The position numbers and the translations under genes are program-made. The notes beneath the pieces are model-generated. The model was not told the DNA's origin and did no database searches. It saw only the letters and a program-made list of their open reading frames with translations. A stretch of DNA of 64,000 bases from Candidatus Eiseniibacteriota bacterium (lineage in GTDB: Bacteria; Eisenbacteria; RBG-16-71-46; CAIMUX01; VGJL01), in the NCBI GenBank assembly GCA_041946735.1, contig JBHGAY010000015.1, positions 16,170 through 80,169 on the forward strand, in the 5' to 3' direction. This document shows positions 26,114-35,242 of the stretch, piece by piece; within the stretch, counting starts at the first letter, position 1; every line of letters starts with the position of its first letter.

Positions 26114-29100
26114 ATGCCGCGAGCGGTCGGCCGCCTACTTGCCCTGTTCTGCTTTCTCCTGTTTTCCCTGATGCTTGCGCCCCGCGCGGGGGCGGTGCTG
26201 GCGACGCCGGAAGAGATGGAGGCGGTCGCCCGCAACTGGATGGCCCTCACCGTCCAGCAGGCCGGAGACTGGGGGGGATCGGAGCGGCCGGAGATCGCTG
26301 GCATGCGGGAGATCCGCTCGGGAGGACGTCTTCTCGGGCGCGTGTACTCCATCAGTCCCACCGGTCACATCGCCGTCCCGGTGCTGAAGGAGTTGCCGCC
26401 GGTGAAGTGTTACTCCGAGAAGTACGACCTCGATCCGGGGGAGCCCGACGGCTTCCCGCGCCTGCTCCGCGAGGCCCTCGGCTCGATGCTCGATCTGTAC
26501 GAGGCGACCTACGGAAGCTTGGACGCGAGCCAGCCGTCTGGAACGGAGACGCTCCTGGGGGAGGAGCACCGCCAGCAGTGGGATGGCCTGTTGCTCGCCC
26601 AGCCGGTCTTCCAGCGGGACCTCGAGGGCGGGCGCTTCCAGCCGCTCCTGGACTACGGTCCGCTCCTGTCCACCGAATGGCACCAGAGCTTTCCGTACAA
26701 CCTCCTCTGCCCGCAAGGGGACGGCGGGCAGTGCGTCGTCGGTTGCGTCGCGACCGCCGCCGCGCAGGTCCTCCGGTACTATCAGTGGCCGCCGATCGGC
26801 CTCGGCGAATCCCAGTACTACTGGGAGGGAGACGACTCGTGCGGCGGCGGCTCGCAGGGCGACTGGCTCTACGCGGACTTCTCCGACCCGTTCGACTGGC
26901 AGAACATGCCGGCAGACTGCGACGGCGGCTGCACGCAGCAGCAGCGCGCGGCGCTCTCGGAGCTCTGCTACGAGGTCGGCGTGGCGTTCCAGATGGACTA
27001 CGGGGTTTGTGGCTCCGGCGCGTATACGAGCGAGGCGATCACCGTCCTGCCCCAATACTTCCGCTACGACGACACGATCACCGAGGAGCGCCGCAACAGC
27101 TACTCGGCGTCCGGATGGTCTCAGATGATCCGGGACGAAGTAGCGGCCGGGCGTCCGATGCTCTACGCATTCCGCTTTAGCGCGAACGAGGGGCACGCGG
27201 TGGTCTGCGACGGATGGCGGCTTTCCGGAGGCGAGGAGCAGTACCACATCAACTACGGCTGGGGCGGGTCGTTCAGCGCCTGGTACGCGATCGATCACCT
27301 CTACCATACCGACGATCCCATGCAGGAGGTTCTGTATCGCGGGATCCGTCCGTCGCCGGGGATGCGCTTCACGGTAGCGCCGGACGGCGGCGGGGATTAC
27401 GCGACGATCCAGGCCGCGATCGACGTCTCGCTCGACGGCGACACGATCGAGCTGCTCGACGGCCTCTACAGGGGCGACGGCAACCGCGATCTCGTCTTCG
27501 GCGGTCGCGAGATCACTGTTCGCTCGCGCAGCGATCATCCGGAGGATTGCACGATCGACTGCGAGGGGAATCCCGGCGCCCACCGGGCCTTCCTTTTCAC
27601 CTCCGGCGAGACGGCGGAGGCGCGCATCCGCGGTGTCACCATCACCGGCGGCTACCCGGGGATCGGGCAGAGCGGCGGCGCGATCCTCTGCTCCAACGGG
27701 GCCTCTCCCGTGATCGAGAACTGCGTCTTCGAGGGCAACGAGGTCGCGAGCGGGGCGGGCGGCGGAGCGATCGCGTGCGCGGGAGCGGGCGCGAGCCCCC
27801 GCCTGGTCTCGTGCACCTTCCGCGGGAATCAAGCGCAGGGACCGCTCGGAGACGGGGGCGCCGTGGCCGCCAGCGGGGCGGGAAGCGCTCCGCTCCTCGA
27901 TCGCTGCGTCCTGGTCAGGAACACGGCCGGCAGGCGCGGCGGCGGAATCTCCGCCTCCTCCGGGGCGCATCCCATCGTCACCGGCTGCACGTTTCATGCG
28001 AACGGCGCTGCATCTGCACAGGGGGCGGCCGTCTGGGTGGGAGCTTCGTCAGCCGTCGACCTGGAACGATCGATCCTCGGTTTCGGCGCTTCAGGCGGCG
28101 CCGTCGCGTGCGAAGGGGCGGGTGCCAATCCGAGCCTCTCCTGCTGCGACGTCTATGGCAACGCGGGAGGGGATTGGGTCGGATGCATCGCGGGGCAGTC
28201 GGGAATGGCTGGGAACCTCTGCGCCGATCCGCTCTACTGCGGGATCGAGCAGGAGAACCTGCGCCTGACGGCGGAATCCCCGTGTGCGGAGGAGAACAAC
28301 CCCGAATGCGGTGGCATCGGGGCGATGCCGGCGGGGTGCGGCCTCGTCATCGTCCTGGCTGACGGCACCGGCGACTATCCCACCATTCAGGCGGCGATGG
28401 ACGCAGCGGAGGCCGGATTCGTGGTGGAGCTGGGCGACGGCGTCTATCGGGGACCGGGCAACCGCGACCTCGATTTCCGCGGCAAGACGCTGATCGTCCG
28501 CTCGCGCAGCGGCGATCCGGATTCGTGCGTGATCGACTGCCAAGGGACCGCGGCCGAGAACCATCGGGGTTTCGAGTTCCATTCGGGCGAGGGATCGAAC
28601 GCCATGGTTTCCGGCCTCACGATCCGCAACGGATACATGTCCACGTACAGCGGCGGCGGCATCTCGTGCACGAACTCCTCGAACCCGACGATCGAAGCCT
28701 GCAACCTGTACGACAACCGCTCGGACGTGGGCGGGGGCGGCCTCTTCTGTTTCCAGTCGCGCCCCACCATCCGGGACTGTACGTTCGCCGGCAACACGGG
28801 GGGGAGCGGCGGAGGCGCGTACCTGAACAGCGGGAGCCAGCCGATCCGGCTCGACCGGTGCACCTTCTCCGGAAATGCCGCCACTGCATTTGGCGGAGCG
28901 GTGTTCTGCTACTACGCCGACCTCGTCGCGGAGAACTGCATCTTCGCATTCAGTTCCCAGGGCAGCGCCTTCTACTGCTTCTACAGCTCGGTCGATCTGC
29001 GGTGCTGCGACGTGTTCGGCAACGTGGGCGGGGACTACGCGGCATGCATCGCCGGCGAATCGGGTGCGGATCACAACCTGTCGGTCGACCCCCAGTTCTG

Positions 29101-29521
29101 CGACCGAGCCGGATACGACTTCGGCCTGATGCCCGGCTCTCCGTGCAACGACGCGGTCTGCGGCCGCATCGGGGCCTGGCCTGTGGGGTGCGGAGTCATG
29201 GACGTGGAGGAAGGGGCGGCAGGACTGTCAGGACCGCCGCTCGATATCGCGGCCCCCGCGCCGAACCCGTTCGCGAGCGTCGCGAGGATTCCTTGCGCCT
29301 TCCGCTCCGCGGAGGCGGGTCGCGTCACGTTACGGATCTTCGACGCGAGCGGGCGTAGCGTCCGCCAGCTGATCGACGAAGTCCGGCCGGCGGGACGGTG
29401 GATCGCCGAGTGGGACGGTCGCAACGACGCCGGGGACAGGCTCGCCGCGGGCGTCTATCTCGCGCGCCTCGAGGCGCCGGGCGCGGAGGGGCGATCCGTC
29501 CGCATCGTCCTGCTGAAGTGA
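26114..29521 (+). CDS. Multidomain secreted C10-family cysteine peptidase (streptopain-like): two parallel beta-helix repeat modules and a C-terminal FlgD-Ig/T9SS-type sorting domain
   Basis: The RBS GGGAGG lies 6 nt before the ATG at 26114, followed by a signal peptide. The C10 catalytic Cys context VGCVATAAAQVLRYYQWP and His context NEGHAVVCDGW are present. Two roughly 300-aa beta-helix modules each begin DGxGDYxTIQAA. The C-terminus is WDGRNDAGDRLAAGVYLARL. Confidence 0.8.
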   Translation: MPRAVGRLLALFCFLLFSLMLAPRAGAVLATPEEMEAVARNWMALTVQQAGDWGGSERPEIAGMREIRSGGRLLGRVYSISPTGHIAVPVLKELPPVKCYSEKYDLDPGEPDGFPRLLREALGSMLDLYEATYGSLDASQPSGTETLLGEEHRQQWDGLLLAQPVFQRDLEGGRFQPLLDYGPLLSTEWHQSFPYNLLCPQGDGGQCVVGCVATAAAQVLRYYQWPPIGLGESQYYWEGDDSCGGGSQGDWLYADFSDPFDWQNMPADCDGGCTQQQRAALSELCYEVGVAFQMDYGVCGSGAYTSEAITVLPQYFRYDDTITEERRNSYSASGWSQMIRDEVAAGRPMLYAFRFSANEGHAVVCDGWRLSGGEEQYHINYGWGGSFSAWYAIDHLYHTDDPMQEVLYRGIRPSPGMRFTVAPDGGGDYATIQAAIDVSLDGDTIELLDGLYRGDGNRDLVFGGREITVRSRSDHPEDCTIDCEGNPGAHRAFLFTSGETAEARIRGVTITGGYPGIGQSGGAILCSNGASPVIENCVFEGNEVASGAGGGAIACAGAGASPRLVSCTFRGNQAQGPLGDGGAVAASGAGSAPLLDRCVLVRNTAGRRGGGISASSGAHPIVTGCTFHANGAASAQGAAVWVGASSAVDLERSILGFGASGGAVACEGAGANPSLSCCDVYGNAGGDWVGCIAGQSGMAGNLCADPLYCGIEQENLRLTAESPCAEENNPECGGIGAMPAGCGLVIVLADGTGDYPTIQAAMDAAEAGFVVELGDGVYRGPGNRDLDFRGKTLIVRSRSGDPDSCVIDCQGTAAENHRGFEFHSGEGSNAMVSGLTIRNGYMSTYSGGGISCTNSSNPTIEACNLYDNRSDVGGGGLFCFQSRPTIRDCTFAGNTGGSGGGAYLNSGSQPIRLDRCTFSGNAATAFGGAVFCYYADLVAENCIFAFSSQGSAFYCFYSSVDLRCCDVFGNVGGDYAACIAGESGADHNLSVDPQFCDRAGYDFGLMPGSPCNDAVCGRIGAWPVGCGVMDVEEGAAGLSGPPLDIAAPAPNPFASVARIPCAFRSAEAGRVTLRIFDASGRSVRQLIDEVRPAGRWIAEWDGRNDAGDRLAAGVYLARLEAPGAEGRSVRIVLLK

Positions 29522-29587
29522 GTCGGTGGAGGCGCAGCGGCGGGTCGGCTCGTGCCTTGCGCCCGACGGCCCTCGGCGAGCGAGGGA

Positions 29588-29617
29588 CGGGGAGGCGCTA
29601 AGCCTCCCCGTCGTGTT
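29588..29617. terminator. Bidirectional rho-independent terminator between the convergent C10 peptidase and mscL genes
   Basis: Perfect 9-bp stem CGGGGAGGC / GCCTCCCCG with a 5-nt loop, followed by a TCGTGTT tail. Confidence 0.6.
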
Positions 29618-29623
29618 CGGCGC

Positions 29624-30025
29624 CTACAGCTGGCTCGTGCAGGACCGGCACTTCTTGGCGCCGGCGGGGATGACGTCCATGCAGTAGGGGCACTCCTTCG
29701 TGGGTGGACCCGGAGGAGGCGGAGCAGGCTTCAGGAACGTCCTCGTGATCTGGAAAACCACAAACCCGATGATCAGCAGATCGATCACGTTTCCGAGGAA
29801 CGACCCGACCATGAGGGCGTTCTTTGCCGTTCCGTCCGGGTTGTGGCTGAGCGTGATCGCCCAGGTCCGCCATCCGCCACCGGGTAGGATCAGGCCGATC
29901 ACCGGCATGAGAAGATCGCCGACGATCGAAGTCACGACCTTCCCGACGGCGGCGCCGATGATCACGCCGATGGCGAGCGCGAGGGCGTTCGACTTGAAGA
30001 GGAACGCCTGAAACTCCTTCCACAT
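29624..30025 (-). CDS. mscL: Large-conductance mechanosensitive channel MscL with a C-terminal Cys4 (zinc-ribbon-like) tail
   Basis: The start MWKEFQAFLFKSNALALAIGVIIGAAVGKVV matches MscL TM1. GGGAGGTGG is the RBS. The tail reads PPPPGPPTKECPYCMDVIPAGAKKCRSCTSQL. Confidence 0.85.
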   Translation of the reverse strand: MWKEFQAFLFKSNALALAIGVIIGAAVGKVVTSIVGDLLMPVIGLILPGGGWRTWAITLSHNPDGTAKNALMVGSFLGNVIDLLIIGFVVFQITRTFLKPAPPPPGPPTKECPYCMDVIPAGAKKCRSCTSQL

Positions 30026-30609
30026 AGTCCACCTCCCAAACGTTCGACCCATCGCGACAGTCAGACGGGACGCACCGTTCATACGCCCAGCCCGGAAGCC
30101 TGGCAAGCGTTCGTTTGGCGCCGGTCTCGGCCTGCGCTCGAGGAGGAGCGGGCTGGAGGGGGAACGCGGCCGCGGGCGAGCCGCCGGCCACGTGAGACGC
30201 GGCGACCGACAACACGCCCCAGCCTGGCGCGACGGCCGGGCCGGCTATCAGCCAGAAGGAGGGATCGAGATCGTTTCGTCCGCGGGCCGGGCCTGCGGAG
30301 CACGATCCAGGGGCGCCGCGACAGGAAGGGCGCAGCCATGTGAGGACGGCGCAGAAAGCGCCCCGCCACGTGCCGACTCCCTCGACGCTTTGTTCGGATT
30401 GACTCCGTTTCGCCGTATGTGAGACGTTTTCTCCAACGGGGCATGCACGATCGTTCGTGAATGATAAAGGTGATGGCAGAATGTTGGACCGAAGAATGGA
30501 TCGTGGGTCCCGTTCGGCTCTTCGCTGCCATCGCGCGGGGATTGATGCGCAAGTGATGCATTCCCCTCGACCGGTTCCGGCCGGCCTCGCAGGAGGAAGG
30601 AGTGATCCC

Positions 30610-31056
30610 GTGAAGCGCTTCTGGCCCAGCCTGATTCTCGCCATCATCCTGCCGGTTCTCGGTTGCGGCGGCGGAAACCGCGGCGATGAGAACGCGTCTG
30701 CGACGGAGCGCGGAACGACGGCCGATACGACGGCGGTCAACGACACGAACCGGGTCTACACCCAGGACGAGATGACCGCGTACAGGACGCAGGTGACGCA
30801 AGACCTCCAGAATATGAATCAGCAGCTGACGCAGATGCGATCCCGCATGGCGAACATGACGTCCTCGGCGCAAGCCGACATGCAGCAGCAGCTCGACCGA
30901 ATCCAAACGGAGCGCCAGACGATTCAGGCCCGCGTGGACTCGTTGGAGACGGCCACCGGGACGCAGTGGACAAGGATCCGGATCCGGGTCGACCAGGACC
31001 TGAAGAACCTGCGCGCGGATCTCGAGGACGCGGGCGACAAGCTGCAATCGCAATAG
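30610..31056 (+). CDS. Hypothetical lipoprotein with a Gln-rich coiled-coil domain
   Basis: GTG start with AGGAGGAAGG upstream. The signal ends in the lipobox LGCGG. It is followed by Q/M/T-rich heptads. It sits just upstream of EncFtn. Confidence 0.55.
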   Translation: MKRFWPSLILAIILPVLGCGGGNRGDENASATERGTTADTTAVNDTNRVYTQDEMTAYRTQVTQDLQNMNQQLTQMRSRMANMTSSAQADMQQQLDRIQTERQTIQARVDSLETATGTQWTRIRIRVDQDLKNLRADLEDAGDKLQSQ

Positions 31057-31184
31057 CCGGCCGGCGGGAAGTGGCGGCCGCCCAGTGCCTCGCAGAAAGG
31101 AATTCGGCCGATCCCGGTGCGGCGCGCCGGTCCTCGCCGGCACCTCGCCCGGGATCGAGCCCAAGGCCTGACAGTGGAGGGTCG

Positions 31185-31598
31185 ATGGAGGGGTATCACG
31201 AGCCGTACGAGATCCTCGGTCCCGAGACGAGCGATCTCCACCGGGCATTGACAAGCCTGAAAGAGGAGATCGAGGCGATCGACTGGTACCACCAGCGGGT
31301 CGTCGCCGCGCATGACCCCGCCCTCCGGGACGTCCTTACCCACAATCGGGACGAGGAGATCGAGCACGCGACGATGGTGCTCGAGTGGCTCCGGCGCAAC
31401 ATGCCCGGATGGGACCGAGCTCTTCGCGCCTATCTGTTCCGGGAGGAGCCAATCACCGAGATCGAGGAGGAGGACAAGGCAGGTGGGGAGCGCCGTGAGG
31501 CCGATCTCACATCGCCGGCCCCCTCCCAGGGATCGGTCCGGCATGGACGGCAGCCGATCCCCGACCTTGGAATCGGCAAGCTCCAAGAGGAGGCGTGA
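31185..31598 (+). CDS. Encapsulated ferritin-like protein (EncFtn), the encapsulin cargo
   Basis: EEIEAIDWYHQRVVAAHDPALRDVLTHNRDEEIEHATMVLEWLRR matches the EncFtn ferroxidase-centre motifs. The C-terminal IPDLGIGKLQEEA matches the encapsulin cargo-loading peptide consensus xLxIGxL. Confidence 0.85.
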   Translation: MEGYHEPYEILGPETSDLHRALTSLKEEIEAIDWYHQRVVAAHDPALRDVLTHNRDEEIEHATMVLEWLRRNMPGWDRALRAYLFREEPITEIEEEDKAGGERREADLTSPAPSQGSVRHGRQPIPDLGIGKLQEEA

Positions 31599-32402
31599 GT
31601 GGACATTCTCAAGCGGGCTCTCGCTCCCATCACCGACCTCGCCTGGACCGAAATCGAAGCGGTCACTGCGAGCGCGCTTCGTACGCACATGATCGGCCGC
31701 CGGATCGTCGACGTCAGCGGACCCCACGGGTGGGACTTCGCCGCGATCGGTCTCGGCCGCCTGGACGTCGACCGGCAAAGCCTCGACGAGGTCTATTTCG
31801 GCGTCCATCAGGTGCAGCCGCTGGTCGAAGTACGTGTTCCCTTTTCGCTCGGGATCTGGGAGCTGGACAACGTGACGCGCGGCGCCGCCGACGTCGATCT
31901 GACGGCTGCGATCGACGCGGCGAAGCGGATCGCCGACTTCGAGGACGGCGCGATCTTCAACGGCTTCGAGAAGGCGAAGATCCAGGGTCTGCTTCACGCC
32001 TCTCCGCATCCCGCGATTGCCGTTCGACCGGACTCGGGGTCGCTCCTGGAGGGCGTTTCGAAGGCGCTCCTGGCGCTTCTCGACGCCGCGGTGCAAGGCC
32101 CCTACGTCCTCGTCCTCGGCCCGCGCCTCTTTCAGACGCTCGCCAACACTGCCTCCGGCTATCCGTTGCGCAAGCAGGTGGAGCAGCTCCTCGAAGGGAA
32201 AGCCATCTACCGGTCCGTGATCGAGGGAGGCGCGCTCGTCTCGAAGCGCGGGGGAGATCTGGAGCTCACGATCGGGCAGGACATCTCCCTCGGATATGAA
32301 TCACACGACACCAAACAGGTCCGCCTCTACCTGACCGAATCGTTCACGTTCCGGATTCTCGACCCTTCGGTCGCCGTACCGCTCACGCTCGCTTCCTCGT
32401 AG
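31599..32402 (+). CDS. Family 1 encapsulin nanocompartment shell protein (HK97 fold, linocin M18-like)
   Basis: GTG start 1 nt after the EncFtn stop, with AAGAGGAGG 5 nt upstream. MDILKRALAPITDLAWTEIE is the canonical encapsulin N-terminus. 267 aa. Confidence 0.85.
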   Translation: MDILKRALAPITDLAWTEIEAVTASALRTHMIGRRIVDVSGPHGWDFAAIGLGRLDVDRQSLDEVYFGVHQVQPLVEVRVPFSLGIWELDNVTRGAADVDLTAAIDAAKRIADFEDGAIFNGFEKAKIQGLLHASPHPAIAVRPDSGSLLEGVSKALLALLDAAVQGPYVLVLGPRLFQTLANTASGYPLRKQVEQLLEGKAIYRSVIEGGALVSKRGGDLELTIGQDISLGYESHDTKQVRLYLTESFTFRILDPSVAVPLTLASS

Positions 32403-32813
32403 CCGGCGTTCCCGTCCGGCCTCCAAAGAGGTCTCCGCCGCAGCGGATACCTTTCCTCTCGCGCCTCCCGGCGGCGCGGGCACTGCTTGCGCGAGCGGCA
32501 GCCCCCCATTCCCCGGGCGCTCGCGCAACGGTTGAATGCGCCGACATTCGGGCGACGAACTTGCCAGTGTGCGACACCACGTAAAGGCGAGCGAGCTTCG
32601 TAATAGCCGGGATTACATGAGATCGCATAGACCGATTCATGTACGTTTTCGTCATCTTGAAACACGAAAGGGCCGTCAGGTTGCGATCTGCTGTTGCCGG
32701 GCGCGATTTGAACCTCGACAATGAGGAAAGAAGGACCGGGTTTCCCTCGCAGATAGGCCGCGACGGCCTAGGCCGATGCGATTGGCCGATCGACCTATTC
32801 CCAGGAGGAAGAC

Positions 32814-32963
32814 ATGCTGTGGACAATCTTCGTGATCTTGCTGGTTCTCTGGCTGCTCGGGATGGTGAGCTCCTATACCCTCGGCGGCTTCATCCATATC
32901 TTGCTCGTGCTTGCGATCGTCGTTCTCCTGATCCGGGTGATCTCAGGTCGAAGGGTCGTGTAG
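32814..32963 (+). CDS. Small hydrophobic membrane protein, 49 aa (lmo0937-family-like), missing from the ORF track
   Basis: MLWTIFVILLVLWLLGMVSSYTLGGFIHILLVLAIVVLLIRVISGRRVV. A perfect AGGAGG lies 5 nt before the ATG. It is preceded by a roughly 300-bp lower-GC leader. Confidence 0.65.
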   Translation: MLWTIFVILLVLWLLGMVSSYTLGGFIHILLVLAIVVLLIRVISGRRVV

Positions 32964-33289
32964 CGGCTCGTCATCGGCTTCGATGATCCGCTTGGTGGCC
33001 GCCTTGCGGACGCGAACGCCAGGAGATCGGCCGGAGTGGCGAGCGCCCTCCGGTCGATCGGCGTCTCCCTGCACGTCCTTTCTCCCCGCACGCCCTTTCT
33101 CTCTGCACGACCCTTTCTTCTCGCGCGGCTCTCCCCGCACGACGGTTCCTCCCCGCGCGACCATTTCTTATCTGAGCGCCGCGAAGCCCCTCCGGGCGCC
33201 GGCGGGCCGGCCATCCCGTCCTCGGGAGGGAGTCCGCATCCGCCCGGTGGCGCGCCTTCGTGCTGTAGAATCGACCTGGGAGGTTTCCG

Positions 33290-33787
33290 ATGGAGTTCGT
33301 GCCGTCTCGAGCGCAAGCGCACCTCGTCGTCGCCGCTGTCCGTGTGCTCAGCCATACGAAGAAACGCCCTCCGACCGCCGAGGAAATGTCCGAGCTTCTC
33401 GGGATCGGACGGGAGGTCATCCTGCATCTCGCCCGGGGTCTGGAGGCGAAGCAGATCCTTCGCGCCATCCAGAACCCGTTCGAGCTGCGATGGGATCTCG
33501 AAGATCCCAGCCGCATCGACGAGCTTCCGATGGCCGCCTCGGGACCGGACATGGGACGCGAAATCGAGGACTTCCACCGGCGGGCCGAGGACCGGCAGAA
33601 GAAAATCGAGCGAATGATGCGGGACACGGACCCGGAGAGGTCCTCGCGCGAGAAGGCGCAGAAGATCGAGGAGGAGTTCCGGCGTTTTCGCTCGGATCGA
33701 AGCAAGCGCTCGATCTTCGGTCCCGCGGGCGGGAGCGACGGCCGGCCGGAGGAGAATGCGGAGGAGGAAGGGAAGGACCGGGAGTGA
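33290..33787 (+). CDS. Hypothetical charged protein, 165 aa
   Basis: GGAGG RBS. Coding-like codon usage with lower GC and a highly charged C-terminal half. No family recognised. Confidence 0.5.
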   Translation: MEFVPSRAQAHLVVAAVRVLSHTKKRPPTAEEMSELLGIGREVILHLARGLEAKQILRAIQNPFELRWDLEDPSRIDELPMAASGPDMGREIEDFHRRAEDRQKKIERMMRDTDPERSSREKAQKIEEEFRRFRSDRSKRSIFGPAGGSDGRPEENAEEEGKDRE

Positions 33788-33845
33788 TGGGTGGCGTTGG
33801 AGGAGCGAGAAGGCGATGCGGCCGGCGCGCGAGAACGCCGAGCGA

Positions 33846-35219
33846 TCAGGCTCTTCCCGCCGCGGCTCGCTCCTTCCTCTTTCTGTACGTTCGCGCCAGC
33901 TCGAAGAAGATGCCGAGGTCGCGCTCCAGGTGCGACTGCGTGCCGTCGAAATAGAAGATCCGGATCGGGATGCCGTCGTGGTCGCGGCTGATCTTCGGAT
34001 AGACCGCCTCGCTCACGATCCCATTCATGCAGCTGAACGGGCTGATGTCGACGATGCCGTCGCACCCCTTCGACCAGAAGTAGACCGCCTTCCCGGCGGA
34101 GATCACCATCTCCCCGTACACACCCGATGCGGGGAGATACGGTTCGGCGAGATCCGTGACGATCTTCATCCTCTCCGGTTCCTCGCGCCCCTCGAAGAGC
34201 GCGTGGAACGGGGCTGCCAGCGCGTGTTCGTCACTCCGCTGGAACGCCTCCTTCACGTACGCGCCCAGCATCCGTAACGAAAATGTCTGCCCTGCGTAGC
34301 GGATCCATTTTCTCCGCTGCTCGAGATTCGTGTAGTAGATCCACTCGCTGATGTCCGAGATCCAGGCTTCGCCTCCCTGCGCCTCGATCTTGCGGACCAT
34401 CTCCTCGTTGCTGAAGGTGTTCATCCGGCAGAAGATCTCGCCCACCACGCCGATCCGCAGCCGGTCCTCGGATCGTCGCGGGACCGACTCGAACGCGGCG
34501 GCCGCCTCGTCCATTGCCGACCGGAGCTTCGCGAGCGTCTCGCCCGCCGTCGCCCCACGTGTCTCGAGGATCGCGCAGACCGCGTCGATCGACCGGTCGT
34601 AGAGCCGGTCGGTCGTTCCCGCCTCGATCTCGTACGGTCGCACCCGCAACGTCGCCTTGCGGAGCAGGTCGGCGGCGACGAGGGCGCGCCACGACGCGCG
34701 CTGGACCGCCCGCGAGTCCATCCCCATCAGGTCATAGCCGCTGCCGCTCGTCGGGCTCACGATCGCCACGCTCTCTGCCCCGACCGAATCGAGCACACGG
34801 CGGAGGAACGGAGCGTACTGGCCGAAGCGGCACGGCCCCGGAGCGGTCGGCATGAAGAAGGCGAGCCGCTCCTTGGGGATCGGGCCGTCCTGCACGATCC
34901 GCAGGATGTCTCCGAGAGTGGCGCGCTCAGGGAAGCACTCCTCCCCGGACGTGTGGCGCCCGCCGAGTTCGATGGTCCGGCTGTCGGACGGCGGGATCGG
35001 TCGAGCATCGACACCGGCGCCGCGAATCGCCGCGGCGACGCAGGTCGCGGCGGAGCCGCTCATCCGGGGGATGAAGAGAACGCGCTCGGCGATCGGAACG
35101 CCACCCGGCGCGCGATCGTTTCGCGGCCGGACCGCGGCAGGGCGAGCGCGATCCGGATCGGCCGGCTCGCCGGCGGCTTCCGCCCTCGCGCCCTCGGGGA
35201 TGCGCGTCGTATCGCTCAC
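33846..35219 (-). CDS. Putative 2-hydroxyacyl-CoA dehydratase-family (HgdB/DUF-like, Cys-rich) protein, partner of the upstream activase
   Basis: GTG start with AAAGGAG 11 nt upstream, just after the activase stop. Conserved Cys sites CFPER, PGPCRFGQY, GEIFCRMN and SPFSCMNGI appear. The N-terminal portion of the 574-aa track ORF is low-complexity and is rejected. Confidence 0.5.
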   Translation of the reverse strand: MSDTTRIPEGARAEAAGEPADPDRARPAAVRPRNDRAPGGVPIAERVLFIPRMSGSAATCVAAAIRGAGVDARPIPPSDSRTIELGGRHTSGEECFPERATLGDILRIVQDGPIPKERLAFFMPTAPGPCRFGQYAPFLRRVLDSVGAESVAIVSPTSGSGYDLMGMDSRAVQRASWRALVAADLLRKATLRVRPYEIEAGTTDRLYDRSIDAVCAILETRGATAGETLAKLRSAMDEAAAAFESVPRRSEDRLRIGVVGEIFCRMNTFSNEEMVRKIEAQGGEAWISDISEWIYYTNLEQRRKWIRYAGQTFSLRMLGAYVKEAFQRSDEHALAAPFHALFEGREEPERMKIVTDLAEPYLPASGVYGEMVISAGKAVYFWSKGCDGIVDISPFSCMNGIVSEAVYPKISRDHDGIPIRIFYFDGTQSHLERDLGIFFELARTYRKRKERAAAGRA

Positions 35220-35242
35220 AGGGAAGGAAGCTCCTTTCGTCC

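Noticed and set aside
32700-32760. tRNA-like fragment (gcgcgatttgaacctcgac)
   Set aside because: No cloverleaf can be built. It lacks a T-loop GTTCRANYC match and an acceptor stem.
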